NCBI RefSeq assembly: GCF_021028975.2
Contig: NC_059439.1
Location: 23,932,001-23,996,000 of the forward strand
Origin: Sphaerodactylus townsendi
Taxonomy: Eukaryota
Length of the DNA: 64,000 bases
Direction: 5' to 3'
Below are positions 49,959 to 62,521 of this stretch, piece by piece (positions within the stretch are counted from its first letter, which is position 1; each line of letters starts with the position of its first letter). A program made the translations under genes and the position numbers. The notes under the pieces were generated by a model. That model was given only the letters and a program-made list of their open reading frames with translations. It was not told the origin of the DNA and made no database searches.

Positions 49959-52900
49959 AACTGCTGTGTCCAATGGATGCAGGCCCNNNNNNNNNNNNNN
50001 NNNNNNNNNNNNNNNNNNNNNNNNNNNNNNNNNNNNNNNNNNNNNNNNNNNNNNNNNNNNNNNNNNNNNNTGCACTCTCCAGTTTTCATTCAGCAAGCCA
50101 TAGTTTCTTTTGAGGCAGAGAATCACAATCTCTGCTTGTTATAAAGTTGATCTACATGCAATGGTTCAAAAATCTGGTGTGATTATTCTATGTTCTTGTT
50201 TGGCTCTGTCTCATTGGAGCTTGGTAGAGAGGGGTTAAGTGAGTAGGAGCACGGAAACCCAAAAAGAGAGCCACATGTGGCCATCTCATTCACTTTTCCT
50301 ATGAAGGCAGGAGGAAAGTCACACTTTACCCACTTTTGGAAAACTCAGAGATTCTCTTATCTGTGGCGTGATAAGTTCAGGACCTGGCAAAACATGTCCG
50401 CAACCAAGAATCTAATCTAAATGGTGTATTTACTCACTGCAGATCAGACCACAAGTGCTTAAATAGCTTGTATATCACAGAATGCTTTTATGGAGGAGAG
50501 GGATTCCACTGGATTCCTTTTGATGACATAGGTACACAAGCTGCTGATTAAATGTAGAAGTTCAATTGTTTTTAAGGCACAATTGCCCAACACTCTAGAA
50601 AATATAAATACGTTACAGAATCACATGCACAGAGTTAGTTATTGGCTGTTCATAATTGGCAGGGAATGTAGTTAAGATGGGACTTCTCAAGGATGTCAGG
50701 AAGAAGCGCTCAACCAAGGTGGTACCTCCTATAACACCAGCATTGTGGCATAACTGGTTTAAACAGGTGGGAAGGATTTTTACACTGAAATTCTAACAAG
50801 GGTGATATCTTTGAACATGAGGGTTTGAACAGTACAGTAAACCTTTATTAGGCATAAATAATTCTGCATACAGTATGTTTGTATGATAAACCTTGGGTTT
50901 GAACTCAGATGGTGGTGACTGCTTTCTGCTACTTGGTACCATCATGTTCTACCATAGGTTAGACTATGTGGGCTTCCCTTCTTGCTACCTTTATGATGGC
51001 TTTCCTTAACAGAAAGATACCCGAATGTTTCAATTAAAGCCAAGTTTATCATTTTCAGCATTCTGGTATTCTAAAGTGTTTCAATATCCTTTTCCCAGCC
51101 AATGAGTACAAAAAGGAAATAAATGGTAGTTCTGAAGATCTTTTATATCAGCATGCAGTGCTAGGGTCCTGGGATACATCTTTCCCTTCAAATGCTACAT
51201 TATTGTGTTGAGGCTAGGGCTGAATAGCCAGAAGATACTGAAATAAATAAAATATTTTTGTATACTTACATTGTAAATTCTTTTAAATATTTCAAATGTC
51301 TCAGTGTTTTCTGCTCTAGGGACTAGAACTGGAAAGAGAGGCAGCATAGATGGGCGTAGCTGGGTTCCAAACAAATACATCTACTACAAATTACACACAA
51401 CAAAAGTCAGAAGTGTATATCCTGAATTCCAGATAGAATTTTGTAAAACTGCCAATGCATGAGACTGGGATATGGTGCGATATCAGTTATTGTGTTGCCT
51501 GAAATGCTGGGGGTCTCTCCCTTTAAAAGTGAAGGAATTAGGGAGAGTGGACTCTTTGACTTAGCAAAAAGTAAGGCAAGCTTGAGATCTTTGTTGCCTA
51601 TTTATAACAAGAGATATTGCAAATAAAGTTGAACAAATTTTATTAAGAGATAATAGGGCTCCAAAAGCACACAATAATCACAACAGCAGATCACACACAC
51701 ACACAGTGAGCAGATCACACAGGTTGAGTGGATAGGTATGAAATAAATGAAGGAAATTGGGGCGTAAGCGTTATAGTCACCACACTTGGAGCAGAATGGT
51801 CCAATGAACAGAGCTGAGTGACCCACAGTTAGCTCTGGTGGAAGAAAGAACAACACATTGATACAGTTTATCTGTCTGTGTTTTGAATGTACTTTTGATT
51901 TGTACTTCAGAAATGTCTGTAATGCTCTGGAGCCTATTTTAATATGCCTAATAAAAGTTGTTGTATTGTATTGAACAACACATTGTGGGGCAATATCAAC
52001 AGACAGAGACTTGTCCGGAGATATCGAACACTGACTATTGGGAGAGGGGGGGAAAAGGGAACCTCAGGGCTATGCAGTGTGACCTTTAATCTCCCTGGGC
52101 AAAGAGGAGTCCTGCCTTTCCAGGATAAGCCAAAAGACAGACATCAACCTGAATGGTTTGAGTCATTAATCTTATAGCTGAGGTATTAGCTTGATGGACC
52201 AAGCTTGGGAATTCCTGAAGGTGGGAGGAAACTGATGAAATTACAATTTCTATAACCATGACAATGTAAATGGAGTGAAAGCTGAAGAGAGATGAGTCAG
52301 AGGAAGAGGTTTTTTGTGTTAATACAACACTGTCAAGAGCAATTGAGGCAAATACATTAACTAGTCCTTTGTCTTCATAGGATGGATAGTCCATGGATGG
52401 AGATGGGGAGCAACATATTCCAAGGCGGAGGAATTGTGTTTTCTTAATCTCTTAAAGGAAGGGTGTGTGACAGGTATTTTGTGTGGGAAATACAGGTGAG
52501 GGCAAGTTCAGACAAGATTTTATTGTGTTTTTGTGGATACACTAACCAGTGCAGATAATGGGCTCCCATTTTAGAAAGGATCTGCTAGGCACCCCAAGGG
52601 TTGGCAGGATGGTAGAGACACTGTTCTCTCAAAAACAGGGTTCCCCTAACCCACCATGACTCAGTCTGGTAAGAATTCCTTCTAATAAACTTGAAGGATT
52701 TCAACAATTACTTATGAAATTAAATTCTTAATTTTCAAAGAACAATACTCTCAACTGATGGTCCCCCACCTGAGAAATACCCAGCTATGTTCAACCAGAG
52801 CCAAAGGGTTGATTAGAACTGGGAAACAGAGGGGAACTGAGAAGCAAAGGGAGATAGAAGTAATCTACTATGCCTGTTCTTGGTTCATGCAGAATGAGTT

Positions 52901-53454
52901 TCAGTCCACATTTGAAGCTTGGTAGTGCTCCAGGAAGCTTCTGTTAAGAGAAAATAAATGAACCTAATTTGAAAATCTAGGACTTGAATTTTTAGCCACT
53001 CTGACAGGCATTCCTTAAGATATATTCCATTCTTCTTGATGCCATTTGTCATATGCCTTTCCCATGCCTCAGCCTCTATTTAGGTAATACTACCTCAGTT
53101 CTACTTCCTCCTGTCAGTCAACATCTTAGATGAACTAGAACTAGAACTTAGATGAACTAGAACATCTTAGAACTAGCTGATCTGAATCCAAGAGCAGTTG
53201 CTGTTTCCCAGGCCTTGGCCATTGTTCTCCAGATATGAAAGATGTAGCTGGCATTCCAGTGACTGGCAGTCCAGCATTCCAGTGAGGGACCAAATGGTTT
53301 GTCCAGGCAGATCCTTTTCCTGTAGGCAACACAGTACAGGGCTGGAGATGGCATCCATTTTAACCTGCATTGCCAGAGTACCTTTATGGAGGACTGGCGG
53401 AGCACTGCTTCCCTATCATATCACCGGTCGGTATGGTAACAGTATGACCATATT

Positions 53455-53853
53455 CAATTCAATTTCAATTTATTACAGTCAAAGACCAGCAAATTACAGC
53501 CAGGGACCGACAAATTCTATACAGCAAATTACAGTCAAGGATCAACAAATTCTATGCACACTCTCAACCTTGTAATTCCCAGTGTAATTGCAATATCTAA
53601 ACTACCCTAAAATCAACACTGAGGCCTAATTTGTTTCACTTGTCCCAAACATACGGTAACTTAGCGTTAAAATACATCCAGTTCATAACTTAGCGTTAAA
53701 ATACATCCAATCCATAACTTAGCATTAAAATTAATCCATTCCATAACTTAGCATTCAAATGAGTCACTCTAGTTAAAATTGTTCATATATGCGTGGGCTT
53801 GCCTACTTATTGTCTTTCGGCCTATCTGCACTCCCATTTGTTCAATCCTAGAT
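53455..53853 (-). mobile_element. LINE 3' UTR fragment with internal ~29-bp subrepeats
   Basis: Homologous to 40935-41190; repeated taacttagc.ttaaaat units; 13-bp TSD gtatgaccatatt. Confidence 0.7.
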
Positions 53854-54036
53854 GTATGACCATATTTGAATATCATGCTTTTTACACATTTCAAAACAAA
53901 GCTTTTTTCCTATAGACAACCCAACACAGGGCTGGAGATGGCATCCATTTTAATTGATTTAATCATACTTTTACACAGTTCAAAACAACACTTCTTTATC
54001 AAAATTCAACCGACAGTTGTGAAGTTGGGTCCTCTG

Positions 54037-54060
54037 TAATTACCAAAAGGACCATAATTA
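54037..54060 (+). promoter_or_regulatory. Shared V2R upstream motif, copy D
   Basis: TAATTA-CCA-AAAGGA-CCA-TAATTA, ~355 bp upstream of the ATG; TATA-like ctataaat at 54364. Confidence 0.6.
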
Positions 54061-54415
54061 ATTCTCTTGCTTCCCAAATTCTCTGTGGAGAACAAGCAGC
54101 CAGGAGCAGAACTGGTTAGGACAACAGTGGCAGGTGACAAATATTCCTGTTTGTTTCAGAACTAGCAACAGGCAGAGGCCCACTAGGATGATCGATGCTA
54201 CTTTATATTAAACTCCTGACTTCAATCGTATCAGTGCTAGACTGATCCCTGGTCAGGGCAATGGAATCATGGAAACTAATGATTATCTTCTTGTAAAAAT
54301 AGATGGCACAAACTGAACAATAAAAAGTGCTAGCATTACAGCACCACCATAGTAGCAGTTCTCCTATAAATGCAACTCTGGGAGCCCATTATCAGCAACA
54401 AAGTTTGCAACTAGG

Positions 54416-54633
54416 ATGCTGATCTTAGTGATGCTGGTGTTACTGTTTTTCAGTCGTGTTGTGGGAAAGGTTCATGTTTCTCAATGCGCTGCTGTGGATA
54501 GCTCCCCCATTCGTCGCATGTATCTTCAGCCAGGAGATCTTATCATTGGTGCCATTATATCTCAGACACTTTTTGTCACCAGTCCGAAAGACTTCACGTG
54601 CCAATCACATGGGATGCCTTCTGAATCGTTTGT
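54416..54633 (+). CDS. V2R-D exon 1 (signal peptide)
   Basis: MLILVMLVLLFFSRVVG...C...YLQPGDLIIGAIIS; phase-2 donor gtatgt. Confidence 0.88.
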
Positions 54634-56269
54634 GTATGTAACTTAAGACTTTTTTGTTATACCTTGTGCACACTTTATACTTTCTACCTGAATAATCATA
54701 TAGGTTATCGTCGCATGTTTTCGTTTCCATTCCTAGAGATTGTGTCAGACCCAGATCTGCATCACCATTACATACAGAGACATCTCAAAAGGGAAAGGAT
54801 GTCAGAGGCAACCACAAGACTTTCTCTGATAGAAGAAGTTGCTCATGACCATAGGCAACTGAGGAGTTCCTTGCTGTCATAGTTTGGTACCCAAGTATAT
54901 GGGGCTTAGAACATGAATGCTTAATGCTACCTTGAATAAATCAGACTCATCTGTCATGATCTGCCCATTAGATTATCTATGAAGATTATCTGCTTCATCC
55001 AATTTATTACATTAATATTAATGCTCTATTAATCAATATTGACAGAGTTCATGATGGATATGTTTAATTAATTCAATTGTCATTTGAATATACATAGATC
55101 GTTATCTTTGTATTTTTTAATATTGTCTTGTCTGGAAAAAACAATAAACTGTACAAAAACTGGTTTTAAATATTCCTTATCCTCTCCTTAACTTTTACTT
55201 AAATCATAAACTAAATGTTGCACTAAAAAAGTAGACTCATAGCCCTAAAAGATGGTAAAATGCAGAGCAGCTATTGAATCAGTTTTACAGATAAAGTGAC
55301 CAGCTAGTACTGTCTTGACACAGCATAGCACCAATGCCGGTCTTGAATCTAAAACAGTTGAATTGGGTAGAACTGTTTGTTGGATAAGAGTGGCTTAGTT
55401 TGCAGAAGTGTAAGATGAATAATATTTACTTAATATCAGAGAGCTGTATTGGAGAATGTTGTTCCTGGCTTTTGTTCTTTTTGATGAATATCCTAGTCCT
55501 TTCTTTGACATTTGTGAATCAGCCTGTTTTCTGAATTTGGGGATTCTGGCTTCATAACAACGGCATTTGTCCATGGTACACAGAACTGCATGTGTGGTGG
55601 CAACCCGTCCTCAGTCTCTTTGGAGAGGGTTGGATAGGTGGTTTGGGATATGTGTATGTTCAGGTTTGAATCTCAGAGTTTTCCTCTACCACTGGTTATT
55701 GGGCAAGCCATCTCCTCTCCCACTCTGCCCTATCGTTATTATAAGTGATTTGAGGTTCTGTTAGATGCCCCTTCTGTCTATGCGTATTTCACTTTTACAC
55801 ATAGTCTTTTCCCCACATCCTAGCCTTCTTACTGTGTCAGGAATTTTGTCTGTGCATGGTTAAATGACAACCAGTTTGGCTAAGGTCTATGAAATACTGG
55901 GTTTACCTTGGCAATTTTTTCCCAAGGAGCAGACATAAGCCAAGCTCGAGCTTTGCATTATAGTCTGGTTGAAGCAGGCTTCCCATCTCCTCATTCACTT
56001 GCCTTGGTCTGTCACATCCTACCTGAGAGGGTTTGAAAACTTTTAATTCTTTCCCTCCAAGTAAGTAGGGTTTCTTTTTACCTACTCTGAATTAGGCTTG
56101 AGTTACCATATATGCGGCTCTGTACCTTTCCTCATTCATAACATTCAGCCATCATCCATGTTTTTTGCCCTAGTCAAAAACTGGTCTATGTTTAGCAGTA
56201 TACATTACTTAAAAAGTTCTGTCACTTGTAAAAGAAATGTTGCTACTTTTTCCAAGAGCATGACATCTC

Positions 56270-56700
56270 TTGTTGTTTAACAGAAGCTCTTGTTGTGTTG
56301 TTTAACAGAAGCTCCACAACAGAACAGTCAGAGTCACTTTCAGATTTGTCTAGGGCCAGCCTGGGAGAGAAATTCCTAATGCCCACATATCTTGGACACT
56401 CAAGAATAATGTGAGCAAGAGTCTCCACTTGATGTTTACAGTGTGGACAAACCTGATCCTGGAGAGGTATGGATAAGTAGCGACCCTTTGTAATGGCTGA
56501 TGGGAAGGTATTGGATCTGGCCCTTGTGATAATCCATCTCTGTTGGGGTTCAGTTAATAATTCAGGATATTTGGCTATGTGCCCCTGTTCCAGTATTATT
56601 CCAACAGAGAGGGGTGAGCATGATTTATTTGCTTGCCCCAACAAGATATGATATTTCTGTTCTAGAAGTTTACTTTTCAAGGTTTGGAAAATCTCTCTGG
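56270..56700 (-). mobile_element. Decayed RTEX-like LINE C-terminal fragment
   Basis: RARSNTFPSAITKGRY...VCPHC...VETLAHIILEC, homologous to the end of the 35433-36704 ORF. Confidence 0.7.
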
Positions 56701-57212
56701 TCTATGTTTCCGTTACCTGGCAGATGGAAAAATGATCCTCCTTATCCTGCATTTTTGTCTCCACAAATGAAAACAATTTATCTCATTCAAGGGTTTTATC
56801 TGTAGAATCCCAGTGTAGAGTGTTTTCATTAAGACTTGATGCTTTCTATCATCCCATTCTTTTATCCATATTTAACCCATATTTAATCAACCCATTCTTT
56901 ATTTCCAAGTCACAACATGAGGAAGCTAGCGGAGGCACATCAATTCAAATACTGTTTGGAGGTCACAGCAAATTATGTGATGGGTTAGTTGGCCCAGGCC
57001 CCCATTTATTTTAGATGTTCCATGGGGCACAATTGGTGAGGCAGTCAGGAGAGCCAGCCAATCAGGACAAGTCTTGAATGATAATTCTCACACAAGTCTC
57101 GTATCCAGATTTCACAATGCAATATCAATAAAAGCAGTTATATGGCTAACTGGATTTAATTTTTCAAAGGAAGGAATATCTTTGTGGTGAAGCCTATACA
57201 TATTTATTTCAG

Positions 57213-57504
57213 GTTCATGCCTCAGAACTACCAGCACATCCTGACTCTGGCATTTGCTGTCCAGGAGATCAATGAAAATCCACACATCTTGCCAAATCTC
57301 ACCCTGGGGTTCCATATCTACGACAGCCATCTGAATCCAAAATTGACATATCGTGCAGCTCTGCAACATATTTCCCCAAGGAACAGATTTGTCCCCAACT
57401 ACAGGTGTCATATCCAGGACAATGTACAAGCAGTTCTTGAGGACATTAATTCAGATGATTCACAAATTGTCCAAGATCTTTTCAGCATCTACAAGATCCC
57501 ACAG
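57213..57504 (+). CDS. V2R-D exon 2
   Basis: 292 bp; QNYQHILTLAFAVQEINENPHILPNLTLGFHIYDS...PNYRC...KIPQ|gt. Confidence 0.95.
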
Positions 57505-58032
57505 GTAGGCAATCAGGGTGGGATGTACAATTTTTCCAGTTGTTTACTTGCACCATAACAATCTTTTTACCTTATCATGGTCTGATTCGACCTGTTTTGT
57601 TGATAAGAGAAATGGCGTAAGCATTCCTTTAAAGATTATTTCCTGCCTTTATACTTCACTGTTAGTATTCATCTCTGGAGTAGTTCAGAGTGTATGTTGT
57701 GAAGAGAATTGTGAAGGTTTTTTTTAAAAGCATTCCTTAAATCTATTACCAAAATTAATTTAAATGCTGTATGTAGTTCAAACAACNNNNNNNNNNNNNN
57801 NNNNNNNNNNNNNNNNNNNNNNNNNNNNNNNNNNNNNNNNNNNNNNNNNNNNNNNNNNNNNNNNNNNNNNNNNNNNNNNNNNNNNNNNNNNNNNNNNNNN
57901 NNNNNNNNNNNNNNNNNNNNNNNNNNNNNNNNNNNNNNNNNTCTTATATATTTCATTATGCTCTAGATAAGAAATAGTGAAATATGCCATCACAAAAAGT
58001 GTGCCTGTTCCATTTTGAAAATCTGTCTTTAG

Positions 58033-58875
58033 CTGTTGTATGGTCCTGCCCCAGTGATGATGGATAACACTCAACCCCCAGCCTTCTACAGTATGGTCCC
58101 AAATGAAACCCAACAGTATCTTGGAATTCTTCAAATACTTCTGCATTTCAACTGGAAGTGGATTGGATTCTTCACTATGGTTGGTGTGAACTTAGAGTGG
58201 TTCGTTCAGAGGATGTTTCCAGCCTTTTCTCAGCATGGCATCTGTTTTGCCTTCATGTATTCACAGTCCGATATGGTAGGCAATGATTATATGAAAGGCT
58301 ATCTGAAAAGCTTTTCGGAACTGTATGAAAAAATGATGAGGAGCACTGCCAACGTAATTATCTTCAAAGGACAAGCTCGTAGCTTTATGAAAGTCAGAGG
58401 TTTAATTCTAAAAGCACAAATTGAATACATGATGCCAAAAGGCAAAGTATGGATTGTAACAGTTCACATGGACTTAAAAACATATCATGAGAGAATAAGC
58501 GGGGATATTCAAATCTTTCATGGCATGATATCAGTGTCCCTTCACTCTAATGAACCTCGGGGATTCCAAGAATTTTTTAAGAGCAGAAAGCCATCCAGTG
58601 CGGAGGGAGATGCGTTTCTCAAGGATTTCTGGTCATACACGTTTCATTGTGCATTACCAAATTCGGTTCTGGGCAATGTGCATCAGGCTAATTGCACAGG
58701 AGATGAGGCACTGAAGGACCTTCCTGCCATTGAAATGAGCATTACCGGCCACAGCTACAGCATCTACAATGCGGTCTATGCTGTCGCTTATGCTTTGCAG
58801 GCTATGCATTCTTCAAAAGTTCAAACAGATAAGCAAGGAGAGAGACAGAAGCTGCTTAATCACCAACCCTGGCAG
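58033..58875 (+). CDS. V2R-D exon 3
   Basis: 843 bp, open; LLYGPAP, LLHFNWKWIG, GHSYSIYNAVYAVAYALQ; ends WQ|gt. Confidence 0.95.
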
Positions 58876-59379
58876 GTAGCGCATCCTCTTTGTAATCTGG
58901 AGAGCAGCATTCTCACAGGCTGAGAGTATTTGCAGTACAACTGTTCTTTCACCTACACTTGAAGCAACTGTTTTATATGCATAATGGTAGAGATGGGGTT
59001 GATATCACAATAGTATTTCAGCCCTGTGACATTAGCACTGACGTAGGCACCGCCTGTGTCAGATTTACAACTCTGTGGATACAACAGCCAAAATACATGT
59101 TACTCTAGACACCATTTATAAATTGCCATAAGGGTTCAATACTCATGGGTTTGTTTGTTTGTTTGTTTGCACTTGAAAACATGATTGGAAGCATGGAAGT
59201 ATGTTGCCTGGTGCTGTATGAGCGCATACCTTATTTGGCCCTCATGCCGATTGTTGAAAATCTAATTTTTTCTCTAAACTGTAATTGGCAGGTGTTGGTT
59301 AGACCCATGGCTACTATAACATGTGGTAGAGACAACAATTTCTTGGTCATCAGTGACACATACTTTAAATTTTCCAGTT

Positions 59380-60290
59380 CCTTCATGGCTGCTCGCCTCA
59401 GTCTCAATCTCTGGTTTCTTGGCTGCAGTCTATCTTTTGGTTGATGATTAAGCCAAGGAACAGAAAATCGAGAACAATTTCAATTTTTTCATCATCAGCC
59501 TTAAGCTGAAGATGAGTGGTTGGTGCCCATGTGGAACCCATCTAACTGCCATCCCAGATTACCTCCATCCTGGCCCAGCCAGCTGGCTGATGCAAGGCAG
59601 AGGAGAGATATCAGCTGACAAGTGGGGTTTCCTGATATTTTTCTGCCAACAGGGAAGTTGCCCAATAGCTGTATCAATGCCCTTTGCTATATTAATGCTC
59701 TGAAAGCTGCTGTTTCGATAAAGCTGTGGCTATTTCTCTCCAACTGATGTGTTTGGTTTTTCTGTGTTACTGGGTCACCCTCTCCCCATTCTTTCCTCCC
59801 TCCCTATAATCACTGGGTCTGCAATCTTGTTAAGATTTTGATGGACTGCATTTCTGTGTCTTGGAATAGCTCTGCTGGTATACGATCTGCTCCTGGCGAA
59901 ATGTTTTTTCCCATTTGCTCTCAGTGCACCTTTTGTTTGACTTACAAAAACTGTACGTTCTTCAAAAGCTTCTTATTGGAACTGGCTACTATAATTATTT
60001 GTGCTTCTGAGTTGCCGGAATGCTGCATTTAGGCTTTTGATTCTGATTCTTTCACCTTTTGCTTCTTGTTTGTCGTCAATATTTTTAATAGCTTCATCAG
60101 CCATCCATCAAGGTTTTTCATTTCTTTTGGCTTCAGAAATAATCTTTGCACATTCATTCTTGATAATATCTCTGATCTCAACTGATATTTCCTCTTATTC
60201 AGGTCACTTGAACTTAGTAATGCAAGTTCTTCTGAAATGTTGCTTGGATTTTGTTTTGACCATATGAATCAATATGAAATCTTTTTTCCA
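59380..60290 (-). mobile_element. Decayed RTE (BovB-like) LINE fragments
   Basis: Minus-strand motifs PGADRIPAELF and IEIVLDFLFLG, fragmented. Confidence 0.55.
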
Positions 60291-60669
60291 TTTTAATTTG
60301 GGGGAGGCAGGGGAATCGTTGTTCTGTAAAATCCAGCAATCGGGGATAAGACAAATAGACAAAGCTTTAAACAATCACAAATGGTTTCAGCTTCTTTGGC
60401 TTCCCACCATGTCGGAAGCCAAAGCAAACTTCAGTGGCAACAGGGAAGCCAGAAGAACTGTGTGGAGAGGTTGGCTCACCCAACCTCTGCACACAGTACT
60501 GTCCTGCTGCCTTTAAATTCAAGCACGACACATTTTGGACCAAATGCTAGCAGTACAGAGCACTGAGTATCATACAATAATGTAACACAATGTGTAGCAA
60601 ACAAATACTTCACTTAAATATACATTTCTATGTGTAGATTCTCAAATCTTAATCATACAGATTGTTGTG

Positions 60670-60845
60670 TCTGGGGAATTCAGATTAGCCTGGGCACTCC
60701 CACACACACCAGCTGGGTGACCTTGGGCAAGTCACAGCTTCTCGGAGCTCTGTCAGCCCCACCTACCTCACAGGGTGTTTGTTGTGAGGGGGGAAGGGCA
60801 AGGAGATTGTAAGCCCCTTTGAGTCTCCTACAGGAGAGAAAGGAA
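60670..60845 (+). mobile_element. Partial young SINE running into a gap
   Basis: Matches the 3' two-thirds of the SINE family. Confidence 0.8.
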
Positions 60846-61368
60846 NNNNNNNNNNNNNNNNNNNNNNNNNNNNNNNNNNNNNNNNNNNNNNNNNNNNNNN
60901 NNNNNNNNNNNNNNNNNNNNNNNNNNNNNNNNNNNNNNNNNNNNNNNNNNNNNNNNNNNNNNNNNNNNNNNNNNNNNNNNNNNNNNNNNNNNNNNNNNNN
61001 NNNNNNNNNNNNNNNNNNNNNTGCTGTGACAAAACATCCAAAACAAAATAGCAGAAATGATATTATAAACAATGTGTCAGTTTTAACTTGTGCAAAGGTA
61101 TAGCTAGTAGAGCCAGATAACGTCTTTAGCCATGCTGAAAAACAGCAGTCACATATGTCTTTGGAAGAATTGCTGGCAATCAAGACCTCTTTGCAGAGCA
61201 AGTTGTGAAAGATGGGTCCTGCAACACAGTTGAGGATGGAACAGCCGTCTAGAAGAAATTGACAAATATTACAGATCTCCTGAGACCCCACTTTTTCCAT
61301 CAAAGCTTTGGCCCAATGCTTACTCTTCGACCCCTACTGAAATTATGCTGCTATCTAAAAAATGAAGC

Positions 61369-61818
61369 AAAATTATGCATGGGGTAGAAAATGTTGACAG
61401 AGAGAAATTTTTTCTCTCTTTCTCACGATACTAGAACCAGGGGGCATACATTGAAAATGCTGGGGGGAAGAATTAGGACTAATCAAAGGAAACACTTCTT
61501 CACGCAACGTGTGATTGGTGTTTGCAATATGCTGCCACAGGAGGTGGTGATGGCCACTAACCTGGACAGCTTTAAAAGGGGCTTGGACAGATTTATGGAG
61601 GAGAAGTCGATTTATGGCTACCAATCTTGATCCTCTTTGATCTGAGATTGCAAATGCCTTAACAGTCCAGGTGCTCGGGAGCAACAGCCGCAGAAGGCCA
61701 TTGCTTTCACATCCTGCATGTGAGCTCCCAAAGGCACCTGGTGGGCCACTGCGAGTAGCAGAGAGCTGGACCAGATGGAGTCTGGTTTGATCCAGCTGGC
61801 TTGTTCTTATGTTCTTAT
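61369..61818 (+). mobile_element. CR1 LINE 3' fragment
   Basis: RTRGHTLK...RKHFFTQRVIGVCNMLPQEVV...FKRGLDRFM; (TTCTTATG)n tail. Confidence 0.92.
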
Positions 61819-62281
61819 CTAAGTGAAGCACACACCTATCCTCTCACATACCAACTACTCGCTCTCTCACCTCTTCTTGTTTTTTTCATTCTCACTTATT
61901 TTTCATTGCAAGGTTCTCAGGGTGGGTGCACCATCATTGCAGTCATTAACTTCCATGTAGAACAATTCTGTAAAATATTCTTCATCTATTGGGTGACATC
62001 AATAAAAACACTGGCCATCCAGAATGAGATGAGACATAATGACTTCTTAATTTCCTTCCATGCCATCTGACAAAAGGTTCCTACCCTATTTCAATACAAG
62101 CCTGTTCACTGCACAGATTAAAGCCTGCATGCACAGAGTGAAGAATATGGATATACACAGTCCTTTGAAAAGTCCATTGAACTAATCATATTCACTGGTG
62201 AATTTAAACATAGGAAGTAATGGATGTTGCTATTTGTTTTTTGGTAAAGAGGCAGACTTATTTTTTCATTTTCCAAAGTAG

Positions 62282-62509
62282 CTCCATCACTTTCTGAGAT
62301 GCGTCTCATTTAACAACAGCGCTGGAGATCAGATTTCCTTTGACCACAATGGAGAATTGATAGCAGGACTCGATATTATCAACTGGGTAACATTTCCAAA
62401 CCAATCTTTTGTTAGAGTGAAAGTGGGAAAGATCCATGCCCAGGCTCCTTCACAGCAAGCACTTCAGCTAGATGAAGAATCCATGGAATGGCACCCCCGA
62501 TTTAACCAG
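62282..62509 (+). CDS. V2R-D exon 4
   Basis: 228 bp; LHHFLRCVSFNNSAGDQISFD...LDIINWVTFPNQS...RFNQ|gt. Confidence 0.93.
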
Positions 62510-62521
62510 GTAGGATTGCAA

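Larger units (their letters stand above)
54416..62509 (+). other. V2R-D gene span (exons 1-4; exons 5-6 presumably beyond the window)
   Basis: Exons 218/292/843/228 bp, in frame. Confidence 0.88.
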
